Shown in pieces: positions 46,246 to 56,853 of a DNA stretch of 64,000 nt; position 1 is the stretch's first letter, and every line of letters starts with the position of its first letter. Source of the DNA: an uncultured Candidatus Saccharibacteria bacterium. Lineage in GTDB: Bacteria > Patescibacteriota > WWE3 > CAZQFB01. Under the pieces are notes generated by a model. The model was not told the origin of the DNA and did no database searches. It saw only the letters and a list, made by a program, of their open reading frames with translations. The position numbers and the translations under genes were made by a program. Location: the NCBI GenBank assembly GCA_964592525.1, contig CAZQFB010000003.1, positions 19,043-83,042 of the forward strand, given 5' to 3'.

Positions 46246-47469
46246 TCAATCGGATGATCGGCACACCAGACTAGGGATGGTTTGTTTTTTTAGCACTGGG
46301 GGGTAACCGCGGATTTTTGGAAGTTGTTGAACGACCTTGAACTGGGGGTAGACTTCATGATTATTTTTTTTAATCCAAGAAAAATGATCATGCGGTGGAT
46401 CATAGCGAATAGTGAAGGGGGTGACTGCCACGACTCGTTCATCCTTCAACCAGACATCAGTATAGGCTACTTTAATATAATCAGCGGTGGTAAATTGATC
46501 ATAGTAACTGTCATTATCAACCTCTCCTTCGGCATGGGGCCAACCTGTTTCGGTTATAAATACTGGTAGGTTATTCACCCCAAAATAATCTTTTAGTACG
46601 GCTAATTCCCACTCATAGCCACGAATACTCTGTCGCCCTTGCTCGTAAGGTTTGCCTTGGTAATGAGGTTGCGGATAGGAATGGCTAGCCCAACCATCTA
46701 ACTTTTTAAAGATGCCTGGTATTTGGTTATCCATTCTAACCATAAAGCTAACTTGATCTAAATAACCATTGGTAGTTGGCGCGGTAGCATTGAAGGCACC
46801 ATTTAGCATAAAAAAATTATTATTGAGTGTCTTAAAAATATTAATGGTTTCGCTTAAAACTATAGCGTAACCTTCGGGATCTAAACCACCGTTCCAAAAT
46901 CGGGCATCATTAACTTCATTATAAACACTGACATATCTCGGTCTAATAGGCCAATCTTGAGCATTTAAAAATTTGGCTGCTGCTTGAGTTTGTTCTAAAT
47001 ATAACTCGGGATCAACATCCCATAACTGGATAATCGGTATTAATTGTTTTTGCGTTAACAGTGCAAAAAGCTTACGCCATTTATCATAATCTAAGTCCTT
47101 TACATTATATGGTATTAACACGTAACCCCAGGCGCCACCCTGACTGTTAACCAAATCGCCGGCTATTTCAATAAAATCAGCCACATCATAGATATACAGA
47201 CCAAATTTGTTATTGATATAACCGATATTTTCTTGTCGCCCAACAAGCGTCGTTGCTTCTGGCTGGTAGGATATTGAACTGATATTTGCTTGGTAGCGAC
47301 AAACTTCCCGTCTGTTTTTTAGTTTCAGAGATTGACTATCTTTATCAGAAACACTGTTTTCAATTCTGACGGAAGTTAAGTAATTATGAACCTGCTCTGG
47401 CTGATATTTAATTGTGACGGTGATGAGGATAACCAGTATCACCGCTAATATTAAGGTGTACTTGCACAT
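46246..47469 (-). CDS. membrane-anchored glycoside hydrolase-like TIM-barrel protein
   Basis: N-terminal TM. YVSVYNEVN (acid/base-like NE) and ITETGWPHAEG (nucleophile-like ETGWP) motifs reminiscent of clan GH-A enzymes. Family not assigned. Confidence 0.4.
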   Translation of the reverse strand: MCKYTLILAVILVILITVTIKYQPEQVHNYLTSVRIENSVSDKDSQSLKLKNRREVCRYQANISSISYQPEATTLVGRQENIGYINNKFGLYIYDVADFIEIAGDLVNSQGGAWGYVLIPYNVKDLDYDKWRKLFALLTQKQLIPIIQLWDVDPELYLEQTQAAAKFLNAQDWPIRPRYVSVYNEVNDARFWNGGLDPEGYAIVLSETINIFKTLNNNFFMLNGAFNATAPTTNGYLDQVSFMVRMDNQIPGIFKKLDGWASHSYPQPHYQGKPYEQGRQSIRGYEWELAVLKDYFGVNNLPVFITETGWPHAEGEVDNDSYYDQFTTADYIKVAYTDVWLKDERVVAVTPFTIRYDPPHDHFSWIKKNNHEVYPQFKVVQQLPKIRGYPPVLKKQTIPSLVCRSSD

Positions 47470-47493
47470 ATCATGACTAAATAACTTTTTCTT

Positions 47494-48501
47494 GTGCCCA
47501 ACCTAGAAACTAGTTACTATAGTGTTATGGACGATCTTGATCTTATCGCCATTGGTGACACCACAGTAGATGTTTTCTTTGATTTAGAAGAAGCTGCCGT
47601 TAATTGTGAACTAGATACTAATAATTGCAAGCTATTACTTAATTATGCCGAGAAAATACCGGTAAAAAAAGTGGTGCAGGTACCTGGGGTTGGCAACGCG
47701 GCTAATTGTACTGTTGGGGCTACTAGGCTTGGACTTAAAACAGCACTGTACACTGTTATTGGCAAAGATCACGCCGGTCAACAAATCAAAGATATTTTAA
47801 TTAAAGAAAAGATTATTTGTGATTACCTACAAGAAGATGAACACCGGGGTTCAAATTATTCAGCCGTGATAAATTATCTGACAGAAAGAACCATTCTAGT
47901 TTATCATGAACCCCGCGACTATAATTTACCCCCACTACCCAAAGCTAAATGGTTGTACTTTTCTTCCGTAGCCCATACTCACGGCCAGTTGTATAACCAG
48001 ATATTAGATTATCTAGAAACTAATCAGAGCTTATTAGGCTTTAATCCTGGTACTTATCAATTACAGGAAGGTTTATCTACTCTGGAACCAATCATAAAAA
48101 ATACTGATGTGTTAATTCTTAACCGAGAGGAGGGTAAAAAATTACTCGGTCGGGATCAAGACCCAGCTCAATTAGCAGAAAGTCTTTATCAGTTAGGTGC
48201 CAAAAAAGTCATTGTCACCAACAGTGCTTCAGGCGCTTATGCCTATGACGGTGAGCATCATTATTACCAACCTATTTTAGAGTGTGCCGTCGTGGAACGA
48301 ACGGGTGCGGGGGATGCTTTTTCCACTGGCGTTATTACGGCACTAGTTTATGGTTTTGAATTCAGCGAAGCTTTGCGTTGGGGAACCATTAACGCTTGGT
48401 CGGTGCTTCAGTATATTGGCGCCCAAGAAGGCTTACTGGCAAAGGCTAAAATGCAGGAGCTTTTGCATAATAACCCACAACTACAACCCCAGATTAACTA
48501 A
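47494..48501 (+). CDS. PfkB-family carbohydrate kinase (ribokinase-like)
   Basis: Signature GAGDAFSTGVITAL near the C-terminus and N-terminal GG-type nucleotide-sugar-binding region. Confidence 0.75.
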   Translation: MPNLETSYYSVMDDLDLIAIGDTTVDVFFDLEEAAVNCELDTNNCKLLLNYAEKIPVKKVVQVPGVGNAANCTVGATRLGLKTALYTVIGKDHAGQQIKDILIKEKIICDYLQEDEHRGSNYSAVINYLTERTILVYHEPRDYNLPPLPKAKWLYFSSVAHTHGQLYNQILDYLETNQSLLGFNPGTYQLQEGLSTLEPIIKNTDVLILNREEGKKLLGRDQDPAQLAESLYQLGAKKVIVTNSASGAYAYDGEHHYYQPILECAVVERTGAGDAFSTGVITALVYGFEFSEALRWGTINAWSVLQYIGAQEGLLAKAKMQELLHNNPQLQPQIN

Positions 48502-49676
48502 GCGACAAAACTGTTATTTAAAAACATTTGGATGAAAATAACTTGCAGACTTATAGAGATAGCCAAGTAATAAATTAAGGCTAAGGGTTTAGCAGCTAAA
48601 TGGAGACCAAGGATAAGTAGCAGTGGAAAGGCTGATAGTATAAAGCGGGGAGCACTAATAGTACCACCACTCAACAGCGGTAATAATAATTGCCAGGCGG
48701 AATACCACCACAATTGCCAACTTAACTTTCCTCTAAATTTAACCAGCAGGACTACGAAAAAGAGAATAAAACAAATATCTATTATTTGACGACTGACCAA
48801 TGGAAAGTCAACCAGCAAAAGAGTAATCATCCGCCAAGCTTCTTTAATAGTAGCGATCAACCCATGAGTAATATTACCCGAAGAGCGGTACCATTCCTGT
48901 TGCGCTTCAAAGAATATCCTGGCACTGCCAAATTTAAGTTGTAGATAAACAAAATAGCTTGCCGTACCTAAAGCACTAAACAACCCATAATAAATACTTG
49001 TTAATAAAACATAAATGTTTTTAACTGATTTAGTTTGTAGGTAACTAATCATAATTAAGGGTATGAAAATCAAACCTTGCGGACGAGTTAAACCAGCTAA
49101 TAAAGCAAACAGACAAGCCCGTTTAAACTTTTTTTGATGGATCATCATTAAGCCCCAAGCACAAAAGAGCAGATACAGAGTTTCTGGGTAATTAGCCTGT
49201 AAATAAAATGAGGTTGGAAAAGACATGAAAGTACAAATGGCAATTAGTGCTTTATCTGCTTCAATTTTAAGGTCTTTCAAAAAAAGCCACAGCGAAGCTA
49301 ACAAGAGGGGAAGGATGATTATATTAACCCGGTAAGCTAAAGTTAACGGTAAAAACCAATCCAGCATCCTAATAATGAGCGGGTACAAGGGAAAAAACGC
49401 TTGGTTTGGAAAATGATAACCATGAGTAGCAATGGTCAAGTAATGCCAACCATCCCAACCATAACCCCAGACGGCAAAATAAAGCTCTTTTATGGTGTGT
49501 ACTTGGCTAGATAACTGTAAATGAGTAGCCGCCAAAGAAATGGTTAGATGAATAATAATTAGATAGCTAATATAAATAACCAGTAATTTTAGCCACGGCA
49601 GTCTGTTTTTCAACAACATGCTTTTAATCTTCATAACCTTGTTTCTGTAGTTTAAAGGCGTGGGCATAGACCCCAC
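48498..49676 (-). CDS. polytopic membrane protein (GT-C/mannosyltransferase-like; function unknown)
   Basis: 392 aa, more than 9 TM. Overlaps the ABC exporter ORF end by about 50 nt (start may be internal). Confidence 0.4.
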   Translation of the reverse strand: MGSMPTPLNYRNKVMKIKSMLLKNRLPWLKLLVIYISYLIIIHLTISLAATHLQLSSQVHTIKELYFAVWGYGWDGWHYLTIATHGYHFPNQAFFPLYPLIIRMLDWFLPLTLAYRVNIIILPLLLASLWLFLKDLKIEADKALIAICTFMSFPTSFYLQANYPETLYLLFCAWGLMMIHQKKFKRACLFALLAGLTRPQGLIFIPLIMISYLQTKSVKNIYVLLTSIYYGLFSALGTASYFVYLQLKFGSARIFFEAQQEWYRSSGNITHGLIATIKEAWRMITLLLVDFPLVSRQIIDICFILFFVVLLVKFRGKLSWQLWWYSAWQLLLPLLSGGTISAPRFILSAFPLLLILGLHLAAKPLALIYYLAISISLQVIFIQMFLNNSFVA

Positions 49677-51450
49677 TCATTTTCATCAACTGCTCATGCG
49701 AACCATCCTCAATAATTAATCCCTTCTCCAAGACAATAATTCTTTGCGCATTACGCACGGTTGAAAAACGATGCGAGATAATAAGAATAGATTTATCCTG
49801 CCCGAACTTTTTAAAAATGTTTTGGAAGATCTCATATTCAGCTTTCGGGTCTATAGCTGAAGTGGGCTCGTCCAAGATTAGAACCAGCGAGTTTTTAAAA
49901 AATGCTCTCGCTAAAGCCACCTTTTGCCACTGTCCAGCAGAAAGCTGAATACCTCCTTTAAATTTGCGACTTAAGACTTGTTTGTAGCCCCGATCAAATT
50001 TACTAATAAAGGCATTAGCTCCTGATAGTTTAGCTGCTTTTTTAATGGCTTTAATATCCGAAATATTATCGATATTGCCAACGCCAATGTTAGTTTGAAC
50101 ATCAAAATGATATTTAGAATAATCTTGGGTTAGGAAAGCGATATATTTGTACCAACTTTTAATATCTAATTGTTTAATATTTACTCCGTCAATTAATATT
50201 TCACCCCTGGTGACATCATAAAACCGACATAGAAGTTTCACTAAGGTGGTTTTACCCGCCCCATTTTCTCCTACGATTGCCAAGTTGGTACCAGGAGTAA
50301 TTTTAAAGTTAAGATCTTTAAATATGTGCTTATTTGTACCAGGATATTTAAAATAAACCTGCTTAAATTCAATTTCTGGTGGTTTATGACCCAAAGTCAT
50401 TTTGTGATGACCGTTGATAATTTTGGCCGGTAAACTCATAACCGCGTATAGGTCCTTAAGATATAAGCTATCTTCAAATGAGCGGGTTACCCTCCAAAAC
50501 AAGCCATTGATGTTGTTGATAAAGCCATTAACCGTACTTAAGTAAAAAGTAAAAGAACCAACAGTAATATTGCCTTTAAGCACATCTTGAATAATCAACC
50601 ACACCGCGCCAACTAAAAATAGATTAGAGATAATACTTAACACTACTTGCATACTTGTTCTCTTAGTTTCCACCAGTACCTCCCGTTGCTTAAATTTGCG
50701 ATAAAGCTTTTTCACCAGAAGCAAAAAGTACTTGCGCACCCCATAAACCTTTAACTCAAGAAGACTTGCTTCATCCATTAAATAGCCCAAAGTCCGACCA
50801 TAGTTACGTCTAGTTTCAGCGTCAAGATTCCAAACCGACCACTTCCTCTGACCAAAATAAATATCACTTGCTAGTGCTGGTATCAGGCTGATTAAAATAA
50901 GACTCATTATTAAAGGAGAAAGTGAAAAAAGAATGGTTGCCCCGGTAATTAATGATACAACACCGCCAATCATGCTAAATACTCTTCCTGAAAACTCCGC
51001 GGGTTTTCCCGAATAACTTCGTTGTGCCCGATCTAATAAATCCATTGACTCTGGATTTTCATAGTACTCTAGATCAAATGACGAATATTTTTCGGCCATT
51101 TGATAGGTCATATGCTCCATCATATTTTGGAAATATATGAAACTTAAATAAGTCTCTAATATGCCGATTATCCGGTGGGTAATGGTGCCCAAAGAAAGAA
51201 GCAAAAATGGTACCAAGATAATCCTGATATCACTACTAGATGTGGTGTAACTAATAAGACCATCTATTAACCCCTTTTCAAACCACCTGTTTAAGAATGG
51301 GAAAAGAAAACTGACAATTGTAATCGTTAGACTTAATAGGGTTAACGAAGGAAAGGTATGAAAACTATAAACGACCGTTCTTTTTGCCACGGCGAGTAGA
51401 TCGGGCAATTGCTTAAGCTTTTCTTTACGTGATAGATCACTAGCTTCCAT
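49624..51450 (-). CDS. ABC exporter, fused transmembrane + ATP-binding (MsbA/type I exporter-like)
   Basis: 6 TM, then Walker A GENGAGKTTL, signature LSAGQWQKVALARAF, Walker B ILDEPTSAID. Confidence 0.8.
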   Translation of the reverse strand: MEASDLSRKEKLKQLPDLLAVAKRTVVYSFHTFPSLTLLSLTITIVSFLFPFLNRWFEKGLIDGLISYTTSSSDIRIILVPFLLLSLGTITHRIIGILETYLSFIYFQNMMEHMTYQMAEKYSSFDLEYYENPESMDLLDRAQRSYSGKPAEFSGRVFSMIGGVVSLITGATILFSLSPLIMSLILISLIPALASDIYFGQRKWSVWNLDAETRRNYGRTLGYLMDEASLLELKVYGVRKYFLLLVKKLYRKFKQREVLVETKRTSMQVVLSIISNLFLVGAVWLIIQDVLKGNITVGSFTFYLSTVNGFINNINGLFWRVTRSFEDSLYLKDLYAVMSLPAKIINGHHKMTLGHKPPEIEFKQVYFKYPGTNKHIFKDLNFKITPGTNLAIVGENGAGKTTLVKLLCRFYDVTRGEILIDGVNIKQLDIKSWYKYIAFLTQDYSKYHFDVQTNIGVGNIDNISDIKAIKKAAKLSGANAFISKFDRGYKQVLSRKFKGGIQLSAGQWQKVALARAFFKNSLVLILDEPTSAIDPKAEYEIFQNIFKKFGQDKSILIISHRFSTVRNAQRIIVLEKGLIIEDGSHEQLMKMSGVYAHAFKLQKQGYED

Positions 51451-52327
51451 GTCTAAATATTACAACATTAGCTTCAGAATAATTGCTTTTAATTCAACAC
51501 TCCGCTATTTTTATAATGTGCGTATATTTAGAACATTATTAGCTCTTGTTATTGCGATCATTATTATCACCTTTACCCTTCTTGTTTTTCTAACTGCAGA
51601 TAACGTAGAACTTAATAATAAGCTGGCATTAAAGTATGATTTTTGGCCCCAATTTGGCACCAACGCAGAAATCAATACCCTAACAAGTGTAAAGGCTAAT
51701 GATTTTGCACCGATTACCAGTCAATTGATTGACATTAAAGCTACGGCTCCAGAGCTAATCATTAGCGCTAAGAAAAGCAGCAATATTTTAACTTTTGAAG
51801 CTACCTATACCAAAAAAGCAGATAAACCAAAGATAGTCTGGGAGCAGAACGAAGAAGGTCGTGTGACGGTAGAAATGAGAAGGAACTGGGGCATAGTCGA
51901 TTTACCACTAATGCCTTATGAAAACGCTTTATATGAAGTGCTGCTAGGTAATTTGGAGGTACCTACCCAGTTAATATTAAACCTCAAAGGTGGTTATACA
52001 GAAATAGAATTTTTGGAAGCTGGACCAGAAACCATTGATATTTATATGGACAGTGGAAAATGTAAAATAAGTTTAGGGGAAAGCATAGCTGCAAATTTAA
52101 TATTGAGTTCAGAATATGCTGATTTTGAAATTATGCTGCAACCTAACACTGACTATACTCTAACCTATAACTTGGGAGAAAACGCTAAATTAACTATGCC
52201 AAATAATGATGTTTATCGCCATAGTTACGGTAATATGGAAAGTGAAACCGCCCAACTATCGATTAATGTGGTCACGATTGCTGGTGACGTTTCAATTGCT
52301 CACCTAGAAAACTTAACTACTGATTAG
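51449..52327 (+). CDS. hypothetical membrane-anchored beta-rich protein (DUF4097/adhesin-like?)
   Basis: N-terminal TM, then a repetitive beta-strand-like region. No motif recognised. Confidence 0.35.
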   Translation: MSKYYNISFRIIAFNSTLRYFYNVRIFRTLLALVIAIIIITFTLLVFLTADNVELNNKLALKYDFWPQFGTNAEINTLTSVKANDFAPITSQLIDIKATAPELIISAKKSSNILTFEATYTKKADKPKIVWEQNEEGRVTVEMRRNWGIVDLPLMPYENALYEVLLGNLEVPTQLILNLKGGYTEIEFLEAGPETIDIYMDSGKCKISLGESIAANLILSSEYADFEIMLQPNTDYTLTYNLGENAKLTMPNNDVYRHSYGNMESETAQLSINVVTIAGDVSIAHLENLTTD

Positions 52328-53522
52328 TTAAGCGCAATTTTAAATCAGTTAAGGCATTCATAAACACGATAAAAGCTTGATAAGGAGATTCGTAAGGCGA
52401 AAAGTATTTATGAACATCACCATCATTAAACCATTTCGTGCACATGAAATAAAAATGGTCTGAAGTTTGTAATTTTTGCCAATCGCGTATTAGGTCCTCA
52501 TCACCACAAGACAATACCTCTTTTTCTATTTCATAAATGGCGTGAAGAGCATCTCGTTGCATTTTATTACCATTCCAAGCAGACAAATCCCTTTCCGTAT
52601 CTGCCCAGGTAATTACTTGCGGAACATCAAGTTCGCCAACTGCCTCAAAGGAATCTATGACCTCCGTTGTCGTCATGAAAGTATTATCAGGGTGTTTAAG
52701 TAGCTCACCTGGTAAAGCAGACAAAAAATCAAAGATGCCCTCTGCTTCCCATTGATGTTCCCCAAAGGTCTCAAAATCCATAAACAAATTGATATTAGTA
52801 CCAGTACCATTTATGGCATTGACCCAGTGGGCATATTTTTCAGTTGTCAGTGGCCACTCCTTCCAACTTTTTTCCGAAAAGCGAAAAGCAATATCATCCG
52901 ATAATCTAAAGTTTTTCAGTAGCACTTTAATCTTCTTGGTATTAGCGGGTCGGTAGACAAAATTTGGACTCCGCCAGCCTAATACCGGGTCCCAACCTTC
53001 AGTGACTATTCCTTTATACCCCGCTTGATCAGCCCATTGGCCAAGCTGATTATTATAAGCTAGTTCCGTATTAACAAAAACCTCGGGTTTGGTACCTAGG
53101 ACATCTATAATTAGACGTTGGTGCTTTTCTACCTGACGTTCAAATTCCTTAAGGCTATAAAAAAAAGAAAGTGAGTGGTAATACGTTTCTGCTAATATTT
53201 CACATTTTCCGGTACGTACCATCGCATGGATTGATTCAACGACATCAGGAAAGTGCGCCAACAATTGTTCTAATAAGGTGCCGGTCAGAGATAAGCTGAT
53301 TTTAAATTGGGGATATTTTTTCAATAAAGATAATAATATCTGGTTAGTCGGCCGATATGATTTTTCCACTATTTTTTTTAAGATTTTGAGGTTATCTGGG
53401 TTTTGTACATCCGTACTGGCATTACCATTAAAGTACGAGTGGTCCTTACCAATATCAAAAACTCGGTATTTTTTAATCCGATAGGGTTGATGAGCTTTTA
53501 GATACAAACATATAGCCGCCAT
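52317..53522 (-). CDS. glycoside hydrolase family 57-like protein
   Basis: N-terminal LYLKAHQPYR (the GH57 HQP region) and conserved acidic residues. Adjacent to glycogen-synthase-like GT and a GH15-like gene. Confidence 0.5.
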   Translation of the reverse strand: MAAICLYLKAHQPYRIKKYRVFDIGKDHSYFNGNASTDVQNPDNLKILKKIVEKSYRPTNQILLSLLKKYPQFKISLSLTGTLLEQLLAHFPDVVESIHAMVRTGKCEILAETYYHSLSFFYSLKEFERQVEKHQRLIIDVLGTKPEVFVNTELAYNNQLGQWADQAGYKGIVTEGWDPVLGWRSPNFVYRPANTKKIKVLLKNFRLSDDIAFRFSEKSWKEWPLTTEKYAHWVNAINGTGTNINLFMDFETFGEHQWEAEGIFDFLSALPGELLKHPDNTFMTTTEVIDSFEAVGELDVPQVITWADTERDLSAWNGNKMQRDALHAIYEIEKEVLSCGDEDLIRDWQKLQTSDHFYFMCTKWFNDGDVHKYFSPYESPYQAFIVFMNALTDLKLRLTNQ

Positions 53523-53527
53523 AGCAA

Positions 53528-54763
53528 TTATTTATTAAGCACTTCTTGGTAGACTTGCAGTACTTTGTCGGCTGCCAAAGACCAAGTTTGCTTACAGGTA
53601 TCTTGATAGCCATTGTCGCTTAATTCTTGTTTTAATGCCGAATATTTCAACACCGCAATGATATTGTTAGCCATTTCCTCAATATCCCAACAATCAACTT
53701 TAAGCGAATTTGGTAGCACCTCACTCACTCCTGATTGTTTGGAAATAATAACCGGTGTTTTGTGGGCTAATGCTTCCAGAGCCGTCATACCGAAGGGCTC
53801 GGAAATTGAAGGCATGACAAAAACATCAACATGAGACAATACCTGCTGTAGCTCTTTGCCGCGTAAAAATCCGGTAAATAAAGTTCTTTGGGCAATACCC
53901 AAATCAGCCACTAGGCTGATTAATTCGTTTTCTTGTTCACCACTACCAGCAACCAAAAAGTAGGCTTGTGGATAATGAGCTAATACTTTTTTGGCACTGC
54001 GTAAAAACAAATCCACACCTTTGTGCAAGCTTAACCGACCAAAATACAAGACGCATTGATAGTTATTTTTTTTAAGCAAGCTGATAATAGCAGGCATTTC
54101 AGCCTCCCTTTTATAAACACCCATATCTACACCATTATGAACCACACTAATTTGCGCTAAGGGGACTTGATATTCTTGGTGAATAATATTTTTAGTGTAA
54201 TGTGAATTAGCGATCACTCCATCAGCACTGTGTAATGCTTGGTACTCAATCATTTTACAAAAAGCGTTACCATGACTAGAAGCGCCGGAACGATCATATT
54301 CAGTGGAATGGACGTGGGTGATTAACGGAACCTGTGCCACTTCACGAGCGGCTAAACCAGCTTTAAAAGTTAACCAATCATGGGCGTGTAAAACATCAAA
54401 CTTTTTTTGCTTGACCACTTTGGCAGCTTGTCGCGCATAACTTAAAACCTTATGGGCTAAATCATGGTCCTTGATCGTTATTTCTTCCGCGCTTAGGCGC
54501 TGGTATTCAGCTAAAGTTAAATAACCTGACATAAAGGGCTTGTATTCAGTAAGCGGACTTGCCTCATCGGCAAACAGAAACTGCACTAAACCATCCTTCG
54601 CCTCAATTTTCCAGGGTAAGAGAAAGGAAACATTAACTCCCTTTGCAGCCAGTGCTTCACATAAGTGTTTACAAGCTACCCCCAAACCACCGCTATTGTA
54701 GGGAGGATACTCCCAACCTAAAATTAGCGTATTAATCATTGTGGTGGTACGCAAGTCGCGCAC
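53528..54763 (-). CDS. glycosyltransferase family 4/5 (archaeal-type glycogen/alpha-glucan synthase-like)
   Basis: N-terminal GGLGVACKHLCEALAAKGVNVSFLLP and C-terminal GT-B donor-binding region (SISEPFGMTALEALA). Confidence 0.65.
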   Translation of the reverse strand: MRDLRTTTMINTLILGWEYPPYNSGGLGVACKHLCEALAAKGVNVSFLLPWKIEAKDGLVQFLFADEASPLTEYKPFMSGYLTLAEYQRLSAEEITIKDHDLAHKVLSYARQAAKVVKQKKFDVLHAHDWLTFKAGLAAREVAQVPLITHVHSTEYDRSGASSHGNAFCKMIEYQALHSADGVIANSHYTKNIIHQEYQVPLAQISVVHNGVDMGVYKREAEMPAIISLLKKNNYQCVLYFGRLSLHKGVDLFLRSAKKVLAHYPQAYFLVAGSGEQENELISLVADLGIAQRTLFTGFLRGKELQQVLSHVDVFVMPSISEPFGMTALEALAHKTPVIISKQSGVSEVLPNSLKVDCWDIEEMANNIIAVLKYSALKQELSDNGYQDTCKQTWSLAADKVLQVYQEVLNK

Positions 54764-56784
54764 ACTCCTAAATCTCTTAATTTCTCTAGGTATTCAATGA
54801 TGGTAACCACATATTCCGCATGGCTCCAGGTTAAAGGCGCTGCTGATATTTGTTCTCCGGAATCGGGGTTTAATTGTTCAGACAAAACTCCCGCTGCCGA
54901 TTGATGTTCCGTTATCCAAGCCAACTGTTTCATGACCACATCTAAGTCTTTGGTTGATTGTGCTACCGCAATATAGTATTGAGTTAGCCAAAGAGTAGTC
55001 ACAAACCAGGGATTACTGGGGCTATCTTTGTGCACCCTAAAATAATTATCATTTTCGTATCTTTGTAGACCGCCAATTTTGGTGGGGTTAGTCAGCTTAC
55101 TTTCCGCTAGCTTGATTAATTTAGACATCTTCTCATCATGTAAAGGTATAAGTTGAAACTTAAAAGCAGCGTAAACACTAGACATGTCCATGGTATGGTC
55201 AATTTCTATGGTGCCATCTTTAGCAGTGTTGATCATTTTATAAAAGTATCCTTCTTGTTCATTGTATAAATGACCCATAATAGACCGCCTAATAACTTCT
55301 ACCTGCTGCAGATATTTTTCGGAAAGTTCGGTTTTTCCTAATATCTGGGCAAACTTACCAGCCACTTCTAAGGCTTGGGCAACTGCTGCACAAGTAAAAG
55401 TAGACACGCCAAACTTTTCTTCCCAAAGGTCATAACTGGGTCTAGGTAAACCAGTTCGCTCGTCAATATAACTGACCATAAAATCAGCGGCCTTTCTGAC
55501 TAAGGGGTTAAACAATTCCTCAATAAATTCAATTTGTCGATCTAACAAGTAATGATTCCAAAGAGCAATAAGCACTAAGGCCGTTTCATCTTCTTGAATG
55601 GGTAATTCCACATAGTCACCTCTAACCCAAGGATGCCAAGAGGAACCAAGCGAAAAATCAGCACGATATTTATGCAACATATAACCATCCTGATGAAGGA
55701 CTTTGCGACAAAACTGAAAGTAATTATTAGTCGTTGAGAAATAACGCGCTTTATCCATCGCTACTGAGGCAAAGGCAGCATCGCGCGGCCAGACATAACA
55801 ATAGGTATCACGACCTTGTTTAAGTAGGTCAGAATCTCCAGAAGCAATCACCCCACCGTGGTTATCAAAATGAGTTCTAATATTAAAAAGCGATTTAGTG
55901 AAAAGCTTAACAACTTCAGGTTTAAGCCCGTAGAAACTAAATCTTTCCTTACTAGCCCAAGCTTTCCAGTAATTACGCGTGGATGAAATTAAATATTCCG
56001 GGCTTCGTTGAATAACATAGTTGTTTAAGAAATAGACTTCCGCTAAATATTTAGATACCGTTAACCAATAATAAAAACTGACCGTTTCTGTGGCTGGCAA
56101 AGTTAGTGACGCGGCGCAAACTGAATCCACCAAGCCGTGTTCGATGGGATTTTTGCTTAAATTACCATCTTCAGCATCTTTGTAGGTCCCTTCTTTACCT
56201 TCCATGCCTAGTAAACCAATACTGTAATCGGTAATACCAATTTCACCATTGGTTATTAAATTAGCTAAAAATACGCGTCTACCTTTATAGTGAATTAACA
56301 CTTTTTCTAGCGGATCATAATAAGCCGTATCACCACGATGCGATTCATACAACTCAAATTGATGATTAATAAATAATTTGGCATACCTTTGCTCATTAAC
56401 TAGGTTATGTAATTGAATTTTACGGATTAAGATATTTTTCTCGTTATACACCACATCGTTAAAGAGTATTTCTAGCTGAAAGCGATGATTTATGGCTTTT
56501 ATGTCACTTACTAATGCATCATCTGCACAATCAACGCTAATTTCCCAAGTACCATCATCTAACCAGGAAAAGTTGCCATCTATTTGCACTCCGATTTTGT
56601 GCAAGTAGCCATTACCTATTTGATTTTCTAAGCCAACATAAGGGAAGTAGAGGTCATAAACCTGACCATAGCGATCAAAAGTCACTAAAACTGAACCATT
56701 TCCTAAAGTAAGCGCTTTGGGCATGAAAAAACTCCAAATCCAGTGTAACATAAGAGTAAATAGAAAAGAACACCCCGCCAGCAT
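54736..56784 (-). CDS. glycoside hydrolase family 15-like (glucoamylase/glucodextranase, (alpha/alpha)6 barrel)
   Basis: N-terminal beta-sandwich domain and catalytic-domain motifs including DLWEE (general acid region). 682 aa. Confidence 0.5.
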   Translation of the reverse strand: MLAGCSFLFTLMLHWIWSFFMPKALTLGNGSVLVTFDRYGQVYDLYFPYVGLENQIGNGYLHKIGVQIDGNFSWLDDGTWEISVDCADDALVSDIKAINHRFQLEILFNDVVYNEKNILIRKIQLHNLVNEQRYAKLFINHQFELYESHRGDTAYYDPLEKVLIHYKGRRVFLANLITNGEIGITDYSIGLLGMEGKEGTYKDAEDGNLSKNPIEHGLVDSVCAASLTLPATETVSFYYWLTVSKYLAEVYFLNNYVIQRSPEYLISSTRNYWKAWASKERFSFYGLKPEVVKLFTKSLFNIRTHFDNHGGVIASGDSDLLKQGRDTYCYVWPRDAAFASVAMDKARYFSTTNNYFQFCRKVLHQDGYMLHKYRADFSLGSSWHPWVRGDYVELPIQEDETALVLIALWNHYLLDRQIEFIEELFNPLVRKAADFMVSYIDERTGLPRPSYDLWEEKFGVSTFTCAAVAQALEVAGKFAQILGKTELSEKYLQQVEVIRRSIMGHLYNEQEGYFYKMINTAKDGTIEIDHTMDMSSVYAAFKFQLIPLHDEKMSKLIKLAESKLTNPTKIGGLQRYENDNYFRVHKDSPSNPWFVTTLWLTQYYIAVAQSTKDLDVVMKQLAWITEHQSAAGVLSEQLNPDSGEQISAAPLTWSHAEYVVTIIEYLEKLRDLGVCATCVPPQ

Positions 56785-56853
56785 TGCACTGTAGCACCCA
56801 TACTGACAGAGCGCTACTTATTTTAACTAATTCTATTATGCTAGACTTAAGTC

